The position numbers and the translations under genes were made by a program. From assembly GCA_052034685.1 (NCBI GenBank), contig JBPOIH010000007.1:13249-77248 (forward strand): 64,000 nucleotides of DNA, in the 5' to 3' direction. This DNA is from Patescibacteria group bacterium. Its GTDB lineage: Bacteria > Patescibacteriota > Saccharimonadia > Saccharimonadales > CAYUUR01. The notes below the pieces were generated by a model, which saw only the letters and a list, made by a program, of their open reading frames with translations, was not told the DNA's origin and did not search any database. The stretch's first letter is position 1. Each line of letters opens with the position of its first letter. This document shows positions 57,321-64,000 of this stretch, piece after piece.

Positions 57321-58773
57321 TGAGCGCTTGCGCCATCTGAGGATTGGCTTTGCCTTGGGATGCCTTCATCACCTGACCGACCAAGAAGCCAATTACCTTC
57401 ATTTCGCCGTTTTTTACATCAGCGGCAGCCTGAGGGTTATTGGCAAGGACTTCAGCAACAATCGCCTCGATAGCACCTTCATCTGACTCTTGTAAATAGC
57501 CTTGTTCTGATGCGTACTTCTCAAAATCTTTTGGTGCTGTGTTTGTCTTAAGCAACTCCGCCAGTAGTGACTTAGCGCCTGTAGAACTTACCTTTGAAGC
57601 TTTGACCAGAGAAATCAGACCTGCATATATTGCTCGGCGCACTTCATCAGTTGGAGCTTCAAGCGAATCGTTATCTTTCCGTAATGGTATCTCAATATTC
57701 ACAAACCAGTTTGCCAATGACTTAGCCATCTCTTTGTCGTCCAGATATTTTTCGAGATGTGCAAGATAGTATACAGACTCATCTTCGAGTTCCGCCATCA
57801 GCAGCGTGTCAGTCTGACTTTCGTCTAGACCTAAACTTCCAAGCCGCTTTCGCCACTCATCGGGTAGGGTTGGCATCGTTTTGCGTATTGCTTCAATGTA
57901 GTTATCACTTAGTACAATCGGCGGTATGTCGGGGTCGGGCATATAGCGATAGTCATGGGCCTCTTCTTTGCTGCGCTGACTAAATGTCTTTTGCTTGGCA
58001 TCGTCCCAGCCACGTGTTTCTTGTACGATCGCCTCACCCTTTTCGAGTTGTTCAATTTGCCGATCAATCTCAAACAGCGCAGCTCGTTCAACACTCTTAA
58101 AGCTGTTCAAGTTCTTGGTTTCAGTGCGCGTGCCTAGTTCCTTGGTTTTACTAACACTCACGTTAACGTCAAAACGCATATTTCCGTAGTACAGATTAGC
58201 GTCTGAAACACCCGCATAACGCATGCGTATATAGAGTTCTTTGGCATAAATACGTGCTTCTACCGCGGAGTGCATGTCAGGCTCTGAGACGATTTCGAGC
58301 AAAGGGGTTCCAGCACGATTAAGATCAACGAGGCTATAGTCTTTGCCCGCTGGATGGGTGCTTTTGCCTGCATCCGCTTCAAGATGGGCTTCGTGAATGC
58401 CAATTACCTTTTCCGTGCCATCAACTGTTATCGTAATCTTGCCATCACGGATAATCGGTCGCTCAAACTGAGTGATCTGATAGCCCATAGGTAGATCTGG
58501 GTAGAAATAATGCTTGCGATCAAAAGAACTGACTTTCTGTGGAGCAGTGCCCAGGGCAAATGCTGCTTTTGTTGCCAGCTCGACAGCTTTTTCGTTTAGC
58601 ACCGGCAACGCACCAGGCATGCCAATGTCGATATGGCTAATAAGTGTATTCGGCGGTGCTTCGCGGGCATCGTTACCTACTGCCGAGAAAAGCTTGGTCT
58701 TGGTTTTTAGCTGAACATGGCATTCGATCCCAATAGTTACTGTATATTGCTGTCGTGTTTCTGGGCTGATCAC
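57295..58773 (-). CDS. gatB: Asp/Glu-tRNA amidotransferase subunit B
   Basis: GIECHVQL, YFYPDLP, HLEADAGK, NRAGTPLLEIV, DYRY. Confidence 0.98.
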   Translation of the reverse strand: MISPETRQQYTVTIGIECHVQLKTKTKLFSAVGNDAREAPPNTLISHIDIGMPGALPVLNEKAVELATKAAFALGTAPQKVSSFDRKHYFYPDLPMGYQITQFERPIIRDGKITITVDGTEKVIGIHEAHLEADAGKSTHPAGKDYSLVDLNRAGTPLLEIVSEPDMHSAVEARIYAKELYIRMRYAGVSDANLYYGNMRFDVNVSVSKTKELGTRTETKNLNSFKSVERAALFEIDRQIEQLEKGEAIVQETRGWDDAKQKTFSQRSKEEAHDYRYMPDPDIPPIVLSDNYIEAIRKTMPTLPDEWRKRLGSLGLDESQTDTLLMAELEDESVYYLAHLEKYLDDKEMAKSLANWFVNIEIPLRKDNDSLEAPTDEVRRAIYAGLISLVKASKVSSTGAKSLLAELLKTNTAPKDFEKYASEQGYLQESDEGAIEAIVAEVLANNPQAAADVKNGEMKVIGFLVGQVMKASQGKANPQMAQALIKKQLSDK

Positions 58774-59177
58774 TTGAGTGCTCCCAAATCTTGCAATGCT
58801 TGTCGAATACCAAAAAGCGCATCTTGAACGTCAGTTTTAGACAACTTAGTGTTTGGGTCTTCTGCGATTTTTTTCGCAAGTTTATGTCCGTACCAGACGC
58901 CGTCGTTGTCTGTTAGATCTCGCTGCGCTGAGACCAGCTTCTCGCCAAAGCTTCTGCCCTTGTACTTGCGACGCTTCAGAGCCTTGCCCAATAGCGTGTC
59001 AGCACGTGTCACCGCATCTGCCCAGCAGGTTTTGTCACCACATAACTTTTGCAGATCAGCCCACTGGTCACGATAATAATTGTGTTTCAGTTTGCGCGGT
59101 CGTTTTTTGTATACAAACAAGCCACCAACAATCATACAAATCAACACGACTGTAGCAAGCGCTATGTACATCGTCAT
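58770..59177 (-). CDS. Membrane-anchored hypothetical protein between gatA and gatB
   Basis: N-terminal TM segment; 4-nt overlaps with both neighbours. Confidence 0.8.
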   Translation of the reverse strand: MTMYIALATVVLICMIVGGLFVYKKRPRKLKHNYYRDQWADLQKLCGDKTCWADAVTRADTLLGKALKRRKYKGRSFGEKLVSAQRDLTDNDGVWYGHKLAKKIAEDPNTKLSKTDVQDALFGIRQALQDLGALK

Positions 59178-60598
59178 GCCGCAACCTCCAGAGCCTTTGC
59201 AACTGCCAGTAATTTTCTGTCCTGCTTCTGTGCAGCCATGAGCTGAACACCTATCGGCAATGGACCATCGTGTGCTGCAGGAATGCTTATAGCTGGAATG
59301 CCGACCAAACTGGCAGAAACAGTCATGATATCAATCAGGTACATCTTTAGTGGGTCGTCGATATTCTCGCCAATTTTAAATGCAGTTACCGGTGCAGTTG
59401 GACCGATCAGAATGTCTACTTCTTTAAATGCCGATTCGAATTCACGTATTAGTTTAGTGCGAACTTCCTGGGCGCGCTTATAATAGGCATCGTAGTAACC
59501 GCTACTTAATACGTACGTACCTATCATAATGCGACGCTTTGCTTCACTACCAAAGCCTTCACTACGGGCAGAACTAAAGCTTTCTTCGAGGTTTTTGGCG
59601 GCTGGAGCGTGATGCCCATAATGTTGCCCATCGTAGCGGCTGAGATTGCTACTTACCTCAGCCGGACACACGATGTAGTACACAGCTAGCGCCAGTGGCA
59701 ATGACGGCAAGCTTACCTCAGTAATAATTGCGCCTTTGGCTTTGGCAGCTTGGATAGTATCGGTAACCGCCGTCTTTACCGCTTGATCAACCGCATCGGT
59801 CATATATTCTTTGACAACGCCAATCTTAAGACCTTTAAGGTCCAAACTTGCCCCTGCATATCCTGCCTTGTCGGCGTCGATAGTTGTGCCATCGCGTTCA
59901 TCACGGCCAGCGATAACATTCATGACGTAAGCAACATCCTCAACTCGCATTGCCAATGGACCAATCACGTCTGTACTGCTGGCCATTGCAACAACACCCG
60001 AGCGCGAAACAAGCCCATATGTCGGCTTAAAGCCAACAGAACCCGTAAATGCTGCCGGCAAACGAATAGAGCCGCCCGTGTCAGTACCGAGTGCAAACGG
60101 TGCCAGTCCTAACACAACAGCTGCGCCCGAGCCTCCACTACTTCCGCCAGGGACGCGAGCTTTGTCGTGCGGGTTCTTTGTGGTCATAAAGTCGCTGTTT
60201 TCTGTACTAGAACCATGCGCAAAGGCATCAAGGTTAGCTTTTGCCACACAGATAGCACCGGCCGCTTCAAGACGTTCAATAACCGTCGACTGATAAGGCG
60301 CTTCAAAACCTTTGAGAATATTGCTGGCCGCAGTTGTCTCCGAGCCAAACGTCAAGAAGTTGTCTTTAGCAATAAACGGCACGCCTGCAAGTGGCCCGAC
60401 CTCTTCGCCTTTGGCAATGTGTTGATCAATTTGTTTGGCACGGGCACGGGCTCTGGTCTCTGTAGTTGCAATGATGGCTTGATATTCAGCACGCTCCTCA
60501 ATTAACTTGAGTGACTTTTCTACCTGTGAAAGAGCCGAGACTTTGCCAGAACTAACGTCTGCAGCAAGCGCTTCAATAGTCGGCCATGCAAGTTTCAT
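59174..60598 (-). CDS. gatA: Asp/Glu-tRNA amidotransferase subunit A
   Basis: KDN, PGGSSGGS, GTDTGGSIRLPA, SNLSRYDG. Confidence 0.98.
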   Translation of the reverse strand: MKLAWPTIEALAADVSSGKVSALSQVEKSLKLIEERAEYQAIIATTETRARARAKQIDQHIAKGEEVGPLAGVPFIAKDNFLTFGSETTAASNILKGFEAPYQSTVIERLEAAGAICVAKANLDAFAHGSSTENSDFMTTKNPHDKARVPGGSSGGSGAAVVLGLAPFALGTDTGGSIRLPAAFTGSVGFKPTYGLVSRSGVVAMASSTDVIGPLAMRVEDVAYVMNVIAGRDERDGTTIDADKAGYAGASLDLKGLKIGVVKEYMTDAVDQAVKTAVTDTIQAAKAKGAIITEVSLPSLPLALAVYYIVCPAEVSSNLSRYDGQHYGHHAPAAKNLEESFSSARSEGFGSEAKRRIMIGTYVLSSGYYDAYYKRAQEVRTKLIREFESAFKEVDILIGPTAPVTAFKIGENIDDPLKMYLIDIMTVSASLVGIPAISIPAAHDGPLPIGVQLMAAQKQDRKLLAVAKALEVAA

Positions 60599-60891
60599 TA
60601 AACAATCATCCTTTTGACTTTGAAATGGGCTTTTTCGGTTGCCGGGGCGTTTTTGAGCAAAGCTTCAGGGCTTGGACCGTATGATTTTTCCTCATCTGGT
60701 CGCATGACATTCTTGAGACCGGTCACTTGGTAGGTTGGCTCAAGTCCAGCTACATCAGCACTTTGTAACTGCTCAACATACTGCAATATGGCGGTCATTT
60801 CTGCCGCAAACTGTTCGACTTCGCTATCTGTGAGAGTAAGCCGAGAGAGTTTGGCCAACTTTAAGACATCATCACGCGTAATTTTGCTCAT
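60598..60891 (-). CDS. gatC: Asp/Glu-tRNA amidotransferase subunit C
   Basis: ITRDDVLKLAKLSRL, NVMRPD, LKNAP; start at 60891. Confidence 0.93.
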   Translation of the reverse strand: MSKITRDDVLKLAKLSRLTLTDSEVEQFAAEMTAILQYVEQLQSADVAGLEPTYQVTGLKNVMRPDEEKSYGPSPEALLKNAPATEKAHFKVKRMIV

Positions 60892-61008
60892 ATGTTCGCT
60901 TAGTATACCACCCTTTGACAGAGATAGACCAGCTCGTGCAAAAAGATTCTTTACAAAGTTATATAACAGGACTACGCTAAGTACAAGCATTATGAAAGAC
61001 ACTCACCA

Positions 61009-62046
61009 ATGTCACTAGATCAATGGCCTCAAGCATCATCGGGGCTGCATGTGCCACCAGAAATAAACAACACGCCCCAACAACACACTATTCGTCCGCA
61101 TCTCGCGGGCGTTTTTGTTGGGAAGGAAAGCAACCCAGACTACCCTCGGCCATTACCTATCGACACTACTTTCATCGTTAATGCGACCACAGAGCACGGC
61201 TCAGATTTAGAAACAGCCCAAAGCCACGTTCTGAAAGGCACGATTGAATGCGAAGACACCAGCCGATACACCGTGTTAGTCGCTACACCAAACCAAAAAA
61301 CAACTGAAGTCCCCGTTGTTTTCACGACAGCGCTGGGTACGCAAGCTGAGGACCAGTACAACCTTGACCTCATGGGAGAATACCTGGACTTAGGCATGCC
61401 AGTACTACTCGTTGGACCAGAAGAGAACACTTCTATCCCCTTAACACTCAGCGCCCAACATATGCATGATATTTTTGAACACTACGCGAAGTTTGGCTTG
61501 TATGACCCAACATCTGCTCGTATTACCGGAGACTCAAGAGGTGCCATGATTGGTCAATTGTTTGCTGCATATGCAGTGCGACGCGGCATTCAAGTGATTG
61601 ATGGCTGTGTTATAGACCCTTGTTTGGCTCGACAAATCCAGTATACGAGTCCACGAGAAGTGTTGGAGTACCTGCCTTACCTCACTGTCGAAGGCTATTC
61701 CTTCACACGACAAATCAGACGAATCGGCCTCAAAAAAGGACTCGAACACGTGCGAAGATTGCGAATGTCACCTGGCGTTATGCTGAGAACTGGGATACCT
61801 TTGCTGTCTGGTGACGCGGGAGAGTTTTCCCGTTACATGTCTCGCGAGCAACGCCTTCATTCAATGCTATTTTTGGCCAGTGTCGTCAACCAACACAAAG
61901 ACTGGATTGAAATATATGACCAATTCCCGAACATCAGCTATGAGCTTATTAAAGGGAGTCACTTATCGCTAATGCGTCCTGACGTATGGGATATGCGCAA
62001 AAACTATATGGCTAACAGTCGCGACGCCTACACAACAGCTGCGTAA
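61009..62046 (+). CDS. Hypothetical protein, possible alpha/beta hydrolase
   Basis: GDSRG nucleophile elbow and a late GSH. Confidence 0.6.
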   Translation: MSLDQWPQASSGLHVPPEINNTPQQHTIRPHLAGVFVGKESNPDYPRPLPIDTTFIVNATTEHGSDLETAQSHVLKGTIECEDTSRYTVLVATPNQKTTEVPVVFTTALGTQAEDQYNLDLMGEYLDLGMPVLLVGPEENTSIPLTLSAQHMHDIFEHYAKFGLYDPTSARITGDSRGAMIGQLFAAYAVRRGIQVIDGCVIDPCLARQIQYTSPREVLEYLPYLTVEGYSFTRQIRRIGLKKGLEHVRRLRMSPGVMLRTGIPLLSGDAGEFSRYMSREQRLHSMLFLASVVNQHKDWIEIYDQFPNISYELIKGSHLSLMRPDVWDMRKNYMANSRDAYTTAA

Positions 62047-62840
62047 GTATCAGGTACGCTGACAGATACCACTGGCTCAATTATCTTTACCTTGTCTGAC
62101 CAAACTTCATAAATTGGTATTTCGTTGCGCGTCTTGTTGGCGGCAAGGTGAATTACACGCCCACCGGCTTTGCGGTGCTGTCCATTGTTCAGGTGCCAGT
62201 GTCCGGTAATCATAGTGTTAATCTTTGCCTGATCCAACACTTCGACGGCGCTCGTTGGAGAAAGCACGTATTCTGGCTCATCGTGAGCTGCGTCACGACG
62301 GTAAACTCCACATATTTGCAACGGTATTGACCAGCCGAAGTCACCAGAGACACGTTTGCTGTTGGCCATGTCTAGTTCGCTTCTTTGTACTTCCCATTTT
62401 TGGCCCGTTATTCCGGCGTGCACAATCATAAAGCCAGGACCCTGAACATAAGGCACTGCATATTTCAAAACATCTTGATGGTGCAATGGCATAGCTTCGT
62501 TGAGAATCGCCGCACTCTCTGCTGATACAACGTTTGGTATTCCGTACGAAGCAAGAACTCGATCATGGTATGGCCGTGCCCAAACTTGTGACCAAACATC
62601 ACGGGCGTCCGGATCCTGCTCGTGCATAGCTGCATCAAGTACGTAATCGTGATTGCCTAGTACCGTAATAGAGCGGGTTGTCATTGCACTGGCTAGTTCT
62701 AAAACACCTTTACTATCAGGGCCGTCTACGAGGTCGCCAGCCAAGATAAGATGAGCGTAATGCCGCATGACTGCCTCGAGCAACTCAGGCCTACCGTGCA
62801 GGTCTGGGACTACGGCAAAATCGTTATACTCTGTTAACAT
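62028..62840 (-). CDS. Calcineurin-like metallophosphoesterase (PPP/ApaH-like)
   Basis: DLHG, GDLVD, GNHD, HAG, GHWH. Confidence 0.88.
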   Translation of the reverse strand: MLTEYNDFAVVPDLHGRPELLEAVMRHYAHLILAGDLVDGPDSKGVLELASAMTTRSITVLGNHDYVLDAAMHEQDPDARDVWSQVWARPYHDRVLASYGIPNVVSAESAAILNEAMPLHHQDVLKYAVPYVQGPGFMIVHAGITGQKWEVQRSELDMANSKRVSGDFGWSIPLQICGVYRRDAAHDEPEYVLSPTSAVEVLDQAKINTMITGHWHLNNGQHRKAGGRVIHLAANKTRNEIPIYEVWSDKVKIIEPVVSVSVPDTYAAVV

Positions 62841-62880
62841 GGGGAGCAAATTTTACACCCACGCACAGAGTAAATCAAGC

Positions 62881-64000
62881 TTATTTTTCTTCTAGTTTCT
62901 TTTTGATCTGAGCAATAGAATCGCGCAGTTCAGCAGCTTTTTCGAATTCTAGGTTTGCGGCCGCAAGATCCATCTGTGATGTCAGCTCACGAATGATATG
63001 CCCATACTCGTCTTTTGGAATCTTCTTAAGGTCGAGTTTCTTAACTTTCTCGCTGTCAGGAATGTCGGCGCGCATGCCTTTATCAATAGCCTTCGCAATG
63101 CCTTCAGGCGTAATACCATGCTTTTGGTTATACTCTTCCTGAATAGTTCGACGCCGGTTAGTCTCGCCTATAGCGCGTTCCATACTACCTGTTACTCTGT
63201 CGGCATACATGAGTACGCGGCCATCTATATGACGCGCTGCCCGACCAATAGTCTGCACAAGCGCCTGCTCACTGCGCAAAAAGCCTTCCTTGTCAGCGTC
63301 GAGGATTGCCACTAGGCTTACCTCTGGCAGGTCAAGGCCTTCTCGCAACAAGTTTATGCCAATCAACACGTCATATGTTCCCATACGTAGATCACGGAGA
63401 ATGTCTGAACGATCGAGTGTATCAACGTCGCTGTGCAAATAGGTCACTTTTATCTTTAGCTCCTGTAGATACTCAGTCAGGTCCTCGGCCATGCGTTTAG
63501 TCAGCGTTGTCACGAGGACGCGTTGCCGCTTGGCAGTAGTTGCTCGTATTTCAGCTAACAAGTCATCAATCTGCCCGTCAATCGGTCGCACTTCAATTTT
63601 TGGATCAATCAAGCCTGTAGGGCGAATCACCTGCTGTGCAGGTTCTGGGCTACGCGTCAGTTCGTATTCAGCCGGCGTAGCACTTACGTAAACAACTTTG
63701 TTAACGTGTTTCTCAAATTCACTAAAAGTTAGCGGGCGGTTATCCATAGCACTTGGCAGACGGAAGCCATGCTCTACCAAGACTTCCTTGCGCGCTCTGT
63801 CGCCGTTATACATACCGCGGACCTGCGGTAGCGTCATGTGCGACTCGTCAATAAACATCAAGTAATCATCAGGGAAATAATCAAGCAGTGTGGCTGGCTG
63901 TTCACCGGTCTCTCGGTTTGTCAGATAACGGCTGTAGTTTTCAATACCTTTTACAAAACCGGTTTCTTCCAGCATTTCGAGGTCAAACTTGGTACGTTGC
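62881..64000 (-). CDS. uvrB: Excinuclease ABC subunit B, partial (5' end outside window)
   Basis: [37 protein letters not shown]-terminal UVR motif. Confidence 0.98.
   Translation of the reverse strand, partial: QRTKFDLEMLEETGFVKGIENYSRYLTNRETGEQPATLLDYFPDDYLMFIDESHMTLPQVRGMYNGDRARKEVLVEHGFRLPSAMDNRPLTFSEFEKHVNKVVYVSATPAEYELTRSPEPAQQVIRPTGLIDPKIEVRPIDGQIDDLLAEIRATTAKRQRVLVTTLTKRMAEDLTEYLQELKIKVTYLHSDVDTLDRSDILRDLRMGTYDVLIGINLLREGLDLPEVSLVAILDADKEGFLRSEQALVQTIGRAARHIDGRVLMYADRVTGSMERAIGETNRRRTIQEEYNQKHGITPEGIAKAIDKGMRADIPDSEKVKKLDLKKIPKDEYGHIIRELTSQMDLAAANLEFEKAAELRDSIAQIKKKLEEK

Noticed and set aside
1-64000. Alternative genetic code (TGA=Gly) as in Gracilibacteria/Absconditabacteria
   Set aside because: Conserved genes are full length under code 11 and some (recG, gatA) end at TGA.

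Overview
A gene-dense core-chromosome window from a reduced-genome bacterium using standard code 11. It is most likely Saccharibacteria (TM7, Patescibacteria/CPR); this is inferred from protein sequence style, gene order and the many short orphan ORFs. Conserved content: rpoB-rpoC-rpsL-rpsG-fusA-tuf-rpsJ, tig/clpP, hisS, tRNA-Leu(TAG), rsmD, recG, tyrS, a class A PBP, radA, clpC, nusA, an M1 aminopeptidase, yraN-rnhB-rplS, malic enzyme, a PilB/GspE ATPase, dnaE, galU, gatCAB and the 3' part of uvrB. Main observations: (1) a complete 4,642-bp IS1595-family cargo element (16817-21458; perfect 26-bp inverted repeats, 8-bp target duplication) carrying a Replic_Relax-like protein, a P-loop kinase and a GNAT-GNAT-phosphotransferase fusion; (2) an EF-G whose guanine-specificity motif reads NKIN instead of NKxD, with a remodelled G5 loop; (3) an RpoC missing 6 of its 8 zinc-ligand cysteines; (4) six orphan ORFs placed between the str/S10 genes, several with translational-coupling junctions; (5) a leader-peptide attenuator ahead of an unknown gene, an S66 peptidase and hisS; (6) many apparently leaderless genes; (7) CIRCE operators on clpP and clpC, and structured leaders on rpsJ, nusA and clpC. 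All calls come from reading motifs by eye; no database search was run.
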